Source of the DNA: an uncultured virus (IMG/VR IMGVR_UViG_3300031884_000010)
Taxonomy: Duplodnaviria > Heunggongvirae > Uroviricota > Caudoviricetes
IMG/VR virus record: IMGVR_UViG_3300031884_000010
Length of the DNA stretch: 64,000 bases
Reading direction: 5' to 3' (one strand)
Shown: piece by piece, positions 46,895 to 57,328 of the stretch
How the letters are laid out: each line of letters starts with the position of its first letter
Numbering within the stretch: the first letter of the stretch is position 1
Program-made: the position numbers and the translations under genes
The notes under the pieces: generated by a model
Told to the model about the DNA's origin: nothing
The model's database searches: none
Seen by the model: only the letters and a program-made list of their open reading frames with translations

Positions 46895-47361
46895 CAGAAC
46901 TCCAGGGAAGTGGTGGGGGGAGTGAAGGTCACGACGGCCGGCCCCGGAGGGACGAACCCCACGCTTGTGCCGGGACGCAGCACGGCGCCAGCCAAGGCCC
47001 CGGACGCCGGGAGAACCACCGTCCCATTGAGCGGGGCGGGGCCATCCACCAGTTGAAACTCCAGGCCCAGGTCCAACAGCGACCCGGCCATGCTCATGAC
47101 CTGGCCGACGATCTCATATCCACCCGCCACGAGGAGTCCCAGGGAGACGCGCCCGCCCAGGTCCCTGCCACTCGAGCCCCATGCGACCACAGGAACGGGG
47201 ACCTCGGCCAGAGAGGACACGTTCCGGAGGGTCACCTGCCCCCCCACCCCATGGGCATCCTGGACGAGCGATGTGCCCCCGATGAGCCCCAGGACGTCCG
47301 TGGCGGACAGACTGATCCAGAGGTCCGGCATGTCACCGCGGAAGAAGGTCGGGATGCTCAT
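46894..47361 (-). CDS. Probable virion protein
   Basis: 155 aa, translationally coupled within the block. Confidence 0.55.
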   Translation of the reverse strand: MSIPTFFRGDMPDLWISLSATDVLGLIGGTSLVQDAHGVGGQVTLRNVSSLAEVPVPVVAWGSSGRDLGGRVSLGLLVAGGYEIVGQVMSMAGSLLDLGLEFQLVDGPAPLNGTVVLPASGALAGAVLRPGTSVGFVPPGPAVVTFTPPTTSLEF

Positions 47362-49115
47362 AGGCGCTCCACCCAGAAGGACACGCGGAACAAGGGCCGG
47401 ACAGACAGCGCAGCCGGGGCCATCGAGGGCGTGACCTCGGCCACACCGGACAGGTTGATGGAGGTCGTGAGGAGGGCCACGGCCGCGGACTGGAGGATGG
47501 CGGAGCCCACGAATCGGATGACGGTGGTCAAGGCGGCCGGGGCCGAGGCCACCGTGCTGGCCGTCCCCCCGAGGGGGATCCCGGTCGAGAGGTTCCCAGA
47601 GGCCGTGCTCGAGCAGGCGGCCGTGCCCTGGAACTGGGTCTTCACCTGCAGCGCGGCCGGGGCGACCGTCGCCACCGAGGCCAGGGAACCCACAAGCTGG
47701 ATGCCCGTGGTGAGGTTGGCGCCCCCGACGTTGGACACGAGGGCCGCGGCCGAACCCAGAAGCTGGATGTTCGAATAGAGGTTGCCCAGGCCGAAGGACG
47801 CCACCGAGGCCGTGCCGGCCAGCTGCACCTTCGTGGTCAAGGTGGCCGTGATGACCGACGACACCGCGGCCAGGGCGCCGGTGAGGGGCCGATACAGCGT
47901 CGGGTTGCCGGTGACGGACGCCACACAGGGGGCAGAGCCCACGAGGCTGATGCCAGTGGAAAGGGTGGCTGTCGCCACATTCGAGACGGCCGCCAGGACG
48001 GGGCCCAGCAGAGGGATGGCGGTCGCCAGGTTGGCGGTTGGGATGCTGGCGACGCAGGCCAACGACCCCGCGAGAGGGATCCCCGTCGAAAGAGCGCCTG
48101 AAGCCGTGCTCGAGGACGCCGCGGCACCCACCAGGCCGGAGGACATGGAGCCCGTGGCAGAGGCAGAGGCCAGAGCCGAGCCCACCAAGTGGATGCCGGT
48201 TGACAGGGCGCCAGAGGCCGAACTGAGCGCCGAAGGGGCGCAGGACAGCAGGATGGAGGTGGCGAGAGCCGGCGGGGCGGCCGTGGACACAGCCTGCAGG
48301 GCCCCGGCCAGGGCGATGCCCGTCGAGAGGGAGACGGTCGCAGTGGTCTGGGCAGCCAGGGCCCCCGCCAGGCGGATCTGGGTCGTGAGGACCGCGGACC
48401 CGACGTTGGACACGACCGCGGAGGCCGACCCGAGCAGCTGGATCTGGGTAATCAGCCCGGCAATCTGAATGGAGGCGACGCAGGAGAGGGCGCCCGTGAG
48501 CGCAATCCCCGTCGAGAGCGCAGCCGGCCCCGCGGTCGCCTGGCAGGCGATCGAAGCCGTCAACGCCTTCGGGATGAGCAACTGGGCCGTGATGACCGAG
48601 GCCACGCAGGGGCCCGACCCTACCAATTGGATGCCGGTCGTCAAGGAGGCAGAGGCGCTGGAGGCAACCGCGGCCGTCCCCGTCATGCTCCCGCCACCCG
48701 TGGTGAGGTCAGTCGGACCAGTCGAGGTCACACAGGCCGCGGAACCGACCAGGGCAATGCCTGTGGTCAGATTGGCCGTGATGACGTTCGCAACAGCCGC
48801 CAGAGCCGGACCCAGGAGCGGAATCGCCGTCGAGAGGGCCGCGGTCGCCGTCGAGGCGCATGCCGCGGAGCCGGAAAGGGGAATGCCAGTGGTGAGCCCT
48901 GCAGGGCCCGCGGTGGCCACCACCTGCAGCGAGGCCGCAAGGGCAACCCCAGTGGAGAGGGTGGCAGACGACGAGGAGGCCGCGGAAACAGAGGCGGCCA
49001 ACGGGATCCCTGTCGTCAAGGACCCGCTGGCCGTGGCCTGCGCCGAAACCGACGCGCCAAACGAGGCGCCCGATGAGCCGGACGCCTCGTAGACGGATCG
49101 GAGGGCGAGAAGCAT
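47358..49115 (-). CDS. Tandem-repeat Ala/Ser/Thr-rich virion fibre protein
   Basis: Roughly 20+ copies of a ~23-24 aa unit L(S/T)T(G/A)IxLxGxxxxVAS... Confidence 0.7.
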   Translation of the reverse strand: MLLALRSVYEASGSSGASFGASVSAQATASGSLTTGIPLAASVSAASSSSATLSTGVALAASLQVVATAGPAGLTTGIPLSGSAACASTATAALSTAIPLLGPALAAVANVITANLTTGIALVGSAACVTSTGPTDLTTGGGSMTGTAAVASSASASLTTGIQLVGSGPCVASVITAQLLIPKALTASIACQATAGPAALSTGIALTGALSCVASIQIAGLITQIQLLGSASAVVSNVGSAVLTTQIRLAGALAAQTTATVSLSTGIALAGALQAVSTAAPPALATSILLSCAPSALSSASGALSTGIHLVGSALASASATGSMSSGLVGAAASSSTASGALSTGIPLAGSLACVASIPTANLATAIPLLGPVLAAVSNVATATLSTGISLVGSAPCVASVTGNPTLYRPLTGALAAVSSVITATLTTKVQLAGTASVASFGLGNLYSNIQLLGSAAALVSNVGGANLTTGIQLVGSLASVATVAPAALQVKTQFQGTAACSSTASGNLSTGIPLGGTASTVASAPAALTTVIRFVGSAILQSAAVALLTTSINLSGVAEVTPSMAPAALSVRPLFRVSFWVERL

Positions 49116-49129
49116 TTAGGAACCGCCTA

Positions 49130-49762
49130 CTAGGTCGGGACTTCTTCCCACTGCATGGACAGAAGGAGCGAGGCCGCAACGGACGCGATGTTGGTGTAGA
49201 CGCAGGCGTAGCCTCCGGGCGGCAGGATGACGCTCCCCTCCAGGTCGATAAGCTGGAAGGGCTGTACGCCGTAGGCGCTGACCGCCGCCGTCCCGATCTC
49301 GCCGAAGATGTCACGGAGCACCGGAGCGGTGGGGAGCGTGGCGGCTGCGTCCACGAGGCCCTGGCCGCTCGGCCCATTGACGAAATTGTTGGACGGCGTG
49401 AGGGGCGTCGTGTGGGTGACGTTGGTCCCGTTGTTGAATCCGGTCATCAGGCCCAAGGCGAGGGTCGTGGTCTGGGCCAGGATCTGCGCGATGCCCACCT
49501 TGTTGAGCACGAGGTTGACCGTGCTGCCGATGGGGTTCGACAGGCAAAGGCCCGTGTAGGTGGTCGCAAAGGCCGCCGAGGTCGCCACGGCGGCCTGATT
49601 GGCTGTGGCGAATAGGGCCTTGTTGTATGCCGTCTCGTAGTAGCGCCCGTGAAGCTCCTGCATGATCAGTTCCGCGAGGCGGCCTGACCGGAGCATGGCG
49701 GGCGTGTTGACGCCGAGGGCGGGGTTGGTGGCCTGTGCGCCGACCTGGGACTGGAGAAGCAT
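49130..49762 (-). CDS. Probable virion/fibre protein
   Basis: 210 aa beta-rich (HGRYYE, LSNPIGS, ILPPG, WEEVP); GAGG SD. Confidence 0.6.
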   Translation of the reverse strand: MLLQSQVGAQATNPALGVNTPAMLRSGRLAELIMQELHGRYYETAYNKALFATANQAAVATSAAFATTYTGLCLSNPIGSTVNLVLNKVGIAQILAQTTTLALGLMTGFNNGTNVTHTTPLTPSNNFVNGPSGQGLVDAAATLPTAPVLRDIFGEIGTAAVSAYGVQPFQLIDLEGSVILPPGGYACVYTNIASVAASLLLSMQWEEVPT

Positions 49763-49770
49763 GGGTTACC

Positions 49771-51327
49771 TCACTTGTAGAAGATGCTGCCGGTGATGGA
49801 GGCGGTGGTGGATCCGTTGTATCCGGTGACGCAGGCAAAGGACATGGCGCTGGCGCCGTTCATGATCCCGAGGGGGGACATAACGGTGAGGCTGGCGCTG
49901 GCGGGGATGAGGAAAACGCAAGTCGGGGCCGTGGTGCCCAAGGTGACGCTGCCCGAGGCCACGTTCCAGAAACTGAGGTAGACCGGGGACGCCGTATTGT
50001 TGAGGATGCTGAAGCCGTAGAGGCTTCCCGCAGAAGCCTTGAGAGCCGTAAGGGCGCCCGTGGCGTTCACGTTCACATTGGAGAGGGCCGCCGTCGCACT
50101 CGTGCTCGGACATGGCGAGTCCAGAATGGGGGTCGTGTTCGGCGTGTTCCCGATCTGGGCGGTCCAAGTTCCACCCTGGGAAGCAGTACAAAGCAGACTT
50201 CCTGCCGTATTCTGTGTCACAGATAGAATCTGAGGGTTCAGATCAGTCGTTGAGAGCCGGGTGAAACCTTGGCAAACGGCGCCGACCAAGTAGGCGTTGG
50301 ATCTGCACCGAAGGTAACGGAGGTTACATTTTCCAGAGTAAAAATTATGCGTGCTGGCACTCGGGCTAATTAGGGCGTTAACCGGGATCCCCGTCAAAAC
50401 CGAAATGTCGTAGACCGGCACCGCAACCCAGCTAACGCCATCATTGCTTTCCTCGAAGATGTAGTTGCCCTGCGACAACCCTGCCCCGATATTGATCTGA
50501 GCGAGAAAGGATCGGTAGGAAGTGGTGCCCCCGGCCATCGTGTCGATAGGAGCGGTGTTGCCCGTCAGCACATTCCAAGGGGCAGGAGATGCTGCGGACG
50601 GGAAGTAGAAGGCTTGTCCGACAATCAGCAGATCCTGGGCCTGATCCGACGCGATGGTAACGGGCATGGACCTCGTGGACGGCTGCTGCCCCGGAAGGCC
50701 GGGCACCACAGAGAGCGCCACGCCCGTCTGTGGGTCCAGCGCCTGGGTGAGCCGGTCCATGCCGTAGTCGCCCACGACACACCGGCCAATGACATTGGTC
50801 ACCACCGAGCCCTGCATGGCCTCCGCATTCAGGCGGACGTATCGGGTCGCCACCTTGAGGACGAAGATGCCAGATCGCGTGATCGAATCCGTGGTGACCA
50901 ATTCGTCCAGGCCCATCACCTGAAGCTGGAACCACGACCCCGTGCTCTGGTCGTTGGACCCCTCCACAGTGATCAACCCGTTCCAGGCCCCCACAAGCTG
51001 GATGACCAGGGTGTCCTGCCCGATGGTGTCGATGGCCGTCTGCGGGGCCGGGGTGGAGATGGTGCCGGTCTGGAGGACGGAGGCGTCCACATCGTTGACG
51101 TTCATGACCGAATTGGGCGACATCGCCACCACGAGGGCCGGATCCGCCGCCACAGGAGCGGTGGAGGCGGCCTTGACCGCGGCGACGTTGCTCCAGTTCT
51201 GAGGATCGCCAACGCTGATGACCTGGCGGTCTACGGTCGTGGAGCCCGAATTGGTAAGCTGGACAGCATCGACGTTCGGGCCCCCGCCAGCGGGAGCGAC
51301 CTGAACGGGACTAGGAGTGAGTGTCAT
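49771..51327 (-). CDS. Probable virion fibre protein
   Basis: 518 aa with two EGSND/EESNDGxxW beta modules and C-terminal KASAGSLYG..VTLGTTAP module. Confidence 0.6.
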   Translation of the reverse strand: MTLTPSPVQVAPAGGGPNVDAVQLTNSGSTTVDRQVISVGDPQNWSNVAAVKAASTAPVAADPALVVAMSPNSVMNVNDVDASVLQTGTISTPAPQTAIDTIGQDTLVIQLVGAWNGLITVEGSNDQSTGSWFQLQVMGLDELVTTDSITRSGIFVLKVATRYVRLNAEAMQGSVVTNVIGRCVVGDYGMDRLTQALDPQTGVALSVVPGLPGQQPSTRSMPVTIASDQAQDLLIVGQAFYFPSAASPAPWNVLTGNTAPIDTMAGGTTSYRSFLAQINIGAGLSQGNYIFEESNDGVSWVAVPVYDISVLTGIPVNALISPSASTHNFYSGKCNLRYLRCRSNAYLVGAVCQGFTRLSTTDLNPQILSVTQNTAGSLLCTASQGGTWTAQIGNTPNTTPILDSPCPSTSATAALSNVNVNATGALTALKASAGSLYGFSILNNTASPVYLSFWNVASGSVTLGTTAPTCVFLIPASASLTVMSPLGIMNGASAMSFACVTGYNGSTTASITGSIFYK

Positions 51328-51344
51328 GGGGCCTCGATGGATAG

Positions 51345-51370
51345 GGGGCCCACCCCGAAAGGCGGGCCCC
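51345..51370. terminator. GC hairpin between 51391 and 51327 genes
   Basis: GGGGCCC..GGGCCCC stem; no strong U-tract. Confidence 0.4.
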
Positions 51371-51390
51371 GCAGCTGTGGGTCACCCGCC

Positions 51391-51864
51391 TTAGTTGTCG
51401 ATCTGGACGGACAACTGGCCGGCGGCGAAGGAGGGCGCCGCGTCGCCGTTGTTGATGGTCTTCGAGGTGCCGAGGTTGCCGTAGAACTGGAGGTTGCCCA
51501 CGGTGAGCGCATCGTAGATGCCGAAGCTGGTCACGACACCCCAGGAGGCCGTCGGCGAGGGGAAGGTCACGGGGTTGTTGTTGGAGGTCGTGCCGGATGT
51601 CCCGGTGCTGGCGACCGTGGTCCCCGCACCCTGCGTGCCCGCCCAGTTCGCCAGCGAGGAAGTGATGGCCACACGGGCGTAGGAACCGCCCGAGACTTCC
51701 ACCTCACTGCTGTTGGCGTCGTTGTCGGCCGTGGTGAACAGCGCGACATAGAGGGAGGTCGGCCCGGTGCCAGCCCCAGCCGAGGCGCCGGTGACGCCGA
51801 AAGCCTGGGCCCGGAAATACCAGTCGATGAAGTGGTTCTCGAGGAAATCCGACATTGCACTCAT
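51391..51864 (-). CDS. Conserved virion structural protein (fibre/appendage subunit)
   Basis: MSDFLEN..LYVALFT..EVSGGSYARVAI..FPSPTASWG..GIYDA..KTINNGD. Confidence 0.75.
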   Translation of the reverse strand: MSAMSDFLENHFIDWYFRAQAFGVTGASAGAGTGPTSLYVALFTTADNDANSSEVEVSGGSYARVAITSSLANWAGTQGAGTTVASTGTSGTTSNNNPVTFPSPTASWGVVTSFGIYDALTVGNLQFYGNLGTSKTINNGDAAPSFAAGQLSVQIDN

Positions 51865-51899
51865 GGAAACTCCTGTGCGCGGTCAGGCGCGAAAAAGGG

Positions 51900-52229
51900 T
51901 TAAGAGACGAAGGTGTTGACCGAGGCACCCGTGCCAGTGAGGGCTGTGACGATGGTCTGGACCCAAGCGCCCTCGCACACAACGGCGGACGCCTGCGTGT
52001 CGGATCCGGAGCCACTGAGGGTCAGGGTGGCTGCCGTGGCGAAGTTGACGCCATCCAGGGACACCTTGACCAGCACGGTGGCGGTCAGGGCGCCGGTGCC
52101 AGAGAGGTTGGCCTGCACGTTCCGCTGGGGTCGGCCGTTGATGGGCACGAACACAGCGCCCGCGGCACTGACGGCCTGGCCACCGGAGAGGATGGGCATG
52201 ACGTTGCGGGGGAGGACAGGAGTGGCCAT
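51900..52229 (-). CDS. Small virion protein
   Basis: 109 aa, VSLDGVNF beta motif; GAGG SD. Confidence 0.65.
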   Translation of the reverse strand: MATPVLPRNVMPILSGGQAVSAAGAVFVPINGRPQRNVQANLSGTGALTATVLVKVSLDGVNFATAATLTLSGSGSDTQASAVVCEGAWVQTIVTALTGTGASVNTFVS

Positions 52230-52237
52230 GGGTCACC

Positions 52238-53296
52238 TCAAGAACGGAGACGGCGGAGGACGAGGGTGCAGGCACAATTCGGATGGCAGGGGCAGGCCGC
52301 CCACCACAACTCGGAGGACACGCGCTCCCGGCCGAGTTTCCGGGACCAGAGCGAGGCAGAGCGGCCGACATTGGACTTGCCGACCCAGATCTGGGTGTCG
52401 CCGTTCTTCCCTGGAGCATCGGGCGCCACCACGCGGAACCGACGCATGTTCTGGTGACGACAGAAGGGACAGGCATTCGGGGCAGCGTGCCATTCGGCAG
52501 CCCAACCCTCCGCCGGGTCCACCGAGGAGAGCGTGCCGTTGGACACGGCGAAGGCCGTCTCGGTGAGCGCCACCCGGCGCCAATCCCGGTTCATGGCAGA
52601 GAACTGGTCGAACAACCGCTGCTGCAGCTTCCCCGAGCCGTCGCCGGCCTCCTTGGAGGTCACGAGGCAGGTGAGGAGGTTGTGGCGGGCCTGGGCCGAC
52701 AGGTTGGTCATGTGCTCGACCGCCCGGACCTTCGTCCACTGGAGGGAGAACGAGGTCGCCTTGGACCCATCCTTGAGCGCACCACCCCAAGATGGGAACT
52801 GGTCAGGATGCGCCACGCGCTCCCCGGCCCGGTGCATCAGGTGGGTGCGGAGGGCCAGCGCCTGGGCGGCCTGCTCCATGGACTCCCCGGGGAGGAGGGC
52901 CCCCACCAGGCGGTCGATGACGGTCTGCCATCCCTGCATGAGCCGCTCGGGCTGGAGGTCGGAGCGGAACAGGTCGGCGATGGCGCCCCAACCCGGCACA
53001 TGAGGAGAAGGAGGGAGGGCCTTGAGCACCGTTCGCACCGGCCGCCCCGTGACGTTCGCCAGGAGGCCCCGCAGGAACTCGGCACCTACATCGTAGAAAT
53101 CGGCCTCGATGGAGGCGATGACAGGATCGGGGTGTGGACCCCAGAACGGCCGCTCGGCCTCCACCTGCTGGGCCGTGGGGGGCGTGGCAGGCATGCGACG
53201 CCGACCGATCGCCTTCAGCGCCAGGCGAACAGCCGCAGGGAGGCGGGTGTCCCGATCGGCCAGAGCGGCCCCGAGGCGGGCGTCAAGGACGGCCAT
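52238..53296 (-). CDS. Head morphogenesis protein (MuF/SPP1 gp7-like)
   Basis: After portal; NRDWRRVALTE, ACPFC, HPNCAC. Confidence 0.85.
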   Translation of the reverse strand: MAVLDARLGAALADRDTRLPAAVRLALKAIGRRRMPATPPTAQQVEAERPFWGPHPDPVIASIEADFYDVGAEFLRGLLANVTGRPVRTVLKALPPSPHVPGWGAIADLFRSDLQPERLMQGWQTVIDRLVGALLPGESMEQAAQALALRTHLMHRAGERVAHPDQFPSWGGALKDGSKATSFSLQWTKVRAVEHMTNLSAQARHNLLTCLVTSKEAGDGSGKLQQRLFDQFSAMNRDWRRVALTETAFAVSNGTLSSVDPAEGWAAEWHAAPNACPFCRHQNMRRFRVVAPDAPGKNGDTQIWVGKSNVGRSASLWSRKLGRERVSSELWWAACPCHPNCACTLVLRRLRS

Positions 53297-53384
53297 GGTT
53301 GGCCTCGTCCTCTTCCACCACGACGCGCAGGAGCGCCAGGCAGCAGAAAACCCCAATGAGGATGATCAGAGCCCCTCGAATCAC
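53283..53384 (-). CDS. Small membrane peptide (33 aa)
   Basis: GTG overlaps portal TGA; MIRGALIILIGVFCCLALLRVVV... Confidence 0.4.
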   Translation of the reverse strand: MIRGALIILIGVFCCLALLRVVVEEDEANHGRP

Positions 53385-55258
53385 TGATCACCCCCAGTGG
53401 GGTCTGGGTGCAGATCCCCGAGGGAATCCGCGATCTCTCCGGCCTTGCCCTCGGGCGCCGAAGGTTCCTGGCCGTCGTCCACGCCCAGGTCGTCGGCATG
53501 GAAGGAGCCATCCGTGGAACCACCACCGGCCTCGTCATCCTTGGCCTGGGCCCCGATCCCAGCCAGCGCCTGCTGGTAGGAGGCACCGAGGGACGGATTG
53601 AGGGGGACGTTGCCCATGATGGGATCCGGATGAGGCTCGAAGCCCCAAAGCTTCCGGCCTTCGTTGAGGGTTCCCACCGCGTTCTGGCGCGTGAACTCGG
53701 CCTGCAAAAGACCACTGTCAGCGGGCATTTGCCCAACCCAGGCGATGGGATAGGGATCCATTCCCAGGGAGGTCCGCAGTTCGTCGATGGACTGCAGACG
53801 CTCCTTGGTCAGCTGCTTGGCCTTCACATCCCCGGGGTCAACCCCAGTGAAGGAGAACCGAGCCTTCGACCAATACCGGGAGGTGATGTTCTCGGTGATG
53901 AAGGATTCAATGTCAGACAGGAGCGGGTCCAGCCCCTTGTCCCGGGCCGCGGCCAGCTTCTCGGCCGTGTCGTCTCCACTCAGCGAGGACGTATTGCCCG
54001 CGGTAAAGGACTCGAGGCCGATCTCCTTCGTGTCCATGCCGTAGACGGCACACATGATCGACGCCTGCAGCGAGATCCACTTGGCGAAGGCCATCTCGGA
54101 GAACTCGGCGTTGGTGTTGACGTAGTTCGCGGTCGCCTGCTGGCCCCGGGACTGGAGCACGGGAAGGGTCCACTGGTTCTGGGCGCCACGCAGGCGGGCC
54201 TGCCAGCCGGCCTCGAAGGCCATCATCTGCTCCCGAGGGAACTGGCCGCTGAGGACCAGGATGCCCTTGGGAATCGCGTTGTTGTCCATGCCCTCGCGGG
54301 TGAAGGTGCAGGCGGACAGGAAATTGGTCAGGGTCTCCAGGGAGGACTCGAGTTCCGAGGTCCCGTAACCCTGGCGCTCCAGGTCGGTGGAGCGGTTGCG
54401 GACGAACAGCGCCGCCTCCTCATAGGAGAACTCCACCGCCCCGGGGGCGCCCATGCCGTTGGTGGCGGCATCCTGAACCAAGAAGATGTCGTCCCCAGCC
54501 TCGAGGTCGCCGAAGGTGGACGACAGAAAGAATGTGGCCGAGTCGCGGACATAGAAGGAATCCAAGCCCGATCCACCGCCGGCGGCCGTGTAGGGCACGG
54601 TCTCCACCGGAACGTGGTCGAACATGAGGGTGTCGTCGGTGAGGGCGGACAGGAAGTCGCGGAACCCCATCCGGCCCAGCCTCCGGCGCTGCAGCGGGTC
54701 AAACTCGATCCCCCCGCAGCTGATGACCTGGGAGAGCCAGGCGAAGTAGTCGGTGTCCTGGGGCGTGATTTCGTGAGAATGGTCGATGTGCCGCAGCTTC
54801 CAACCCACCTCGTCGTCCTTCATCGAAGGAGAGGCGAAGCGGAGCACCTGCCGGCGCCGGGTCCGGTGGATGGCCTGGGCGACCTCAATCCGGGTGGCCA
54901 ACTGGCGGAGGGCGACGAAGGGGATGCCAGGCTTGGGGATGTAGCGGCCCCCTGCCCCAAGCTGGGCCAGCATGGGCTTGGTCCGGGCCTTGGGGTCCGC
55001 GGACTGCACAGAGCCCGTCGCCAGGGCCTTGGCCACCGTGCGCTCGACCTTCTCAAGCTTGACCCAGTCCATCATCATCTGGGCCAGGTTTGGAGGGATC
55101 AGCCCAGGGTCGTTGTAGCCCTTGAGAACCTGGCGCCCAGCGTCCGCCACCTCGTCAGCCGGAGCGTGCGGGTCATAGGCCGTGCGCTCGGCTGCGCCAA
55201 GGTGGCCGAACGGAGCACCGCCGTTCGCGGGTTGGAATGACCAGAGGGGGCCCGTCAT
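53381..55258 (-). CDS. Portal protein
   Basis: 625 aa after terminase; VRNRSTD..GYGTSELE, IPKGIL, EMAFAKW, CAVYGMD..EIG, DKGLDPLL. Confidence 0.92.
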   Translation of the reverse strand: MTGPLWSFQPANGGAPFGHLGAAERTAYDPHAPADEVADAGRQVLKGYNDPGLIPPNLAQMMMDWVKLEKVERTVAKALATGSVQSADPKARTKPMLAQLGAGGRYIPKPGIPFVALRQLATRIEVAQAIHRTRRRQVLRFASPSMKDDEVGWKLRHIDHSHEITPQDTDYFAWLSQVISCGGIEFDPLQRRRLGRMGFRDFLSALTDDTLMFDHVPVETVPYTAAGGGSGLDSFYVRDSATFFLSSTFGDLEAGDDIFLVQDAATNGMGAPGAVEFSYEEAALFVRNRSTDLERQGYGTSELESSLETLTNFLSACTFTREGMDNNAIPKGILVLSGQFPREQMMAFEAGWQARLRGAQNQWTLPVLQSRGQQATANYVNTNAEFSEMAFAKWISLQASIMCAVYGMDTKEIGLESFTAGNTSSLSGDDTAEKLAAARDKGLDPLLSDIESFITENITSRYWSKARFSFTGVDPGDVKAKQLTKERLQSIDELRTSLGMDPYPIAWVGQMPADSGLLQAEFTRQNAVGTLNEGRKLWGFEPHPDPIMGNVPLNPSLGASYQQALAGIGAQAKDDEAGGGSTDGSFHADDLGVDDGQEPSAPEGKAGEIADSLGDLHPDPTGGDQ

Positions 55259-55267
55259 GCCTCCAGA

Positions 55268-57328
55268 TCACCATTCGCCGCCCTCCGCCCAGTCCTCGAC
55301 TGGTCCAGTGTCGGCGGGGTAGTGGGCCACACAGGACGGGTCGATAGCCTGCACGCGGAACTTGTTGAGGCCACAGAGGCCGCCAAGGGCATCCCGGTAG
55401 TGGGTGCAGTTCCCGCAGGTGCGCCTGGTGAGGATAGCCCGCTCCTGTGCCACGACGGCCACAGGGTTGCTCCCGTCCGAGACGGCCAGCGAGGGCACCC
55501 GGTCAGGATGCACCCCTGGCGGGGCCGTGGCAGCTGCCTGAAGCCTGGCGAGGGTGCCCTGGTCCACTGGGGCGGGGCCGGCCGCAGGAGCAGGCGTGGG
55601 GGCCAGCGTGGGGAACCCAGCACGATCCGAACCGGCCACGGCCGCCAGACCCCAGGCAGAGCGCCCCAGGGTGCAGAGATAGACGCCGATCGCCAGGGAC
55701 ATCACCCGGTCGTCATGGGAGCCCGGGAGGGCCTCGGGCTTGCCCAGCTTGTTCCGGTGGAAGCGCAGGGTCTCCACCCAGAACCGCGGGTCGGGGCAGT
55801 AGATGAGCCCCGTGCGGATCACCTCTGCCAGCGCGTCGAGGATCATGGGCCGGGTCTTGGTGTCGGTCGGGAACCCGGGCCGAAGGAACCGCTGCCCGCC
55901 CTGGTCATACTCGGCGTGCCGGTAGACCTCGGGATACTGGGCCTCCTCGAGCACATGGACCACCGTGTGGCCGTGGTTGTTCCGCTCGGGGGCGACGCAG
56001 GCCCGATACCGGCGGCCAAGGGCGTCCAACTTCCGGGCGAACTCCACCGGCGGGATGCGGCCATGGAGGGCGGCCACCACCCGGAGGGTCCGGGCGTGGA
56101 TGACGTAGCCAGACGAGAAGTCGGAGCCCCCCTGCTCTGGGTCGGCCACCGAGGACTCGCCACGGTCCAGGCCCTCGGCAATGTCGGCCGAAAGCACATA
56201 GGTCTCGCCCGGGAGGGGGTCCTGGTAGATCATCGCCCCCGTGCGGTCGAGCGTGAAGGGAACCGGGCTCCGCCGAAGGTCGTCCAGACGGGCCGCGGCA
56301 ACCTCCATGTCGAAGAAGGGCGTGCCGGTGGTGAGGAAGGCGCCGGCCAGGGTCTCGGGATACTCCTGGGGGAACTTGGAACCGACCTCAATTTTCTTGG
56401 CCCGGCGCCAGGCGATCTGCTGGAGGTCCAGCCCATGGAGCGACATGAGCGCCGCTTCCTCGGCGGTCAGCGGAGACTGGGTCTTCGGATCCCAGGGCTT
56501 CCGATACTCGGGATGCTCGAACCAGGCGTAGTAGACCACATGCCAGGGCATCGAGGGGTCACCCTCGCCCTCGAGGGCGGCCACGACGTCGGCGTGGTAG
56601 AGGTTCTGCCCGTTGGCTGTGGTCTCCAGGATGGCGTTCCCGGTGGCGGGCACGGCCTGCAGGTAGCTGTTCTTGAAGCCCTGGTAATCCCGGTAGAAGG
56701 CGGCCTCAGAGGCGTGCAGGTTGTGGATGACGCCACCGCGCCAGGGGTGGCCCGCCTCGGTGTCGATGACGAACTTGGAAGGCGGAAAGAGGGCCTGGTC
56801 CCCAGGGAACACGATCTGGAACTCATACTTGGAGTCCGAAGAAAGGCGCATTTCCCCCCGCATGGGCCCCGGAAGGTGGTCCCAGAAGATGCGGTAGGTC
56901 TCCAGAAGAATCTCGGCGATGTCCTTGTCGTGGGCCAAGATAACCGAGACGCGCCCCGGGTTCAGGAACCCATCCATGAAGAACAGGGCCGCGATGAAGG
57001 TCGAGAACCCCAGCTGCCTGGGCTTGACGATGAGGTCCCTGATCCCACGGAAGCGATCGGCGGCCTTCTCGCGGAAGCCCTCAACGTGCCGCTGACGGAG
57101 CGAGGCCCGGTAGCGCCGCTGGATGGGGTTAAGGACGAAGGGCCAGAGGGCCCCGCCGTCCTTCACCCGGACCTGAAGGTTCTGGGCACAGAACAAGAGC
57201 AACGAATGGGTGGTCGCCCGGATCTGCTTCTGCTCCGTCATCCCGTGCAGGGGGTCCAGCAGCCGGGCAGCTGCCGCCAGGGCCTCCTCGCGGTTCGTGG
57301 GAGAGGGATGGGCATCTAGCGCACGCAA
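55268..57328 (-). CDS. terL: Terminase large subunit
   Basis: KPRQLGFST Walker A, LHASEAAF, ETTANG, FPQEYP, DIAEG, ERNNHG, HDDRVMS. Confidence 0.95.
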   Translation of the reverse strand: MRALDAHPSPTNREEALAAAARLLDPLHGMTEQKQIRATTHSLLLFCAQNLQVRVKDGGALWPFVLNPIQRRYRASLRQRHVEGFREKAADRFRGIRDLIVKPRQLGFSTFIAALFFMDGFLNPGRVSVILAHDKDIAEILLETYRIFWDHLPGPMRGEMRLSSDSKYEFQIVFPGDQALFPPSKFVIDTEAGHPWRGGVIHNLHASEAAFYRDYQGFKNSYLQAVPATGNAILETTANGQNLYHADVVAALEGEGDPSMPWHVVYYAWFEHPEYRKPWDPKTQSPLTAEEAALMSLHGLDLQQIAWRRAKKIEVGSKFPQEYPETLAGAFLTTGTPFFDMEVAAARLDDLRRSPVPFTLDRTGAMIYQDPLPGETYVLSADIAEGLDRGESSVADPEQGGSDFSSGYVIHARTLRVVAALHGRIPPVEFARKLDALGRRYRACVAPERNNHGHTVVHVLEEAQYPEVYRHAEYDQGGQRFLRPGFPTDTKTRPMILDALAEVIRTGLIYCPDPRFWVETLRFHRNKLGKPEALPGSHDDRVMSLAIGVYLCTLGRSAWGLAAVAGSDRAGFPTLAPTPAPAAGPAPVDQGTLARLQAAATAPPGVHPDRVPSLAVSDGSNPVAVVAQERAILTRRTCGNCTHYRDALGGLCGLNKFRVQAIDPSCVAHYPADTGPVEDWAEGGEW

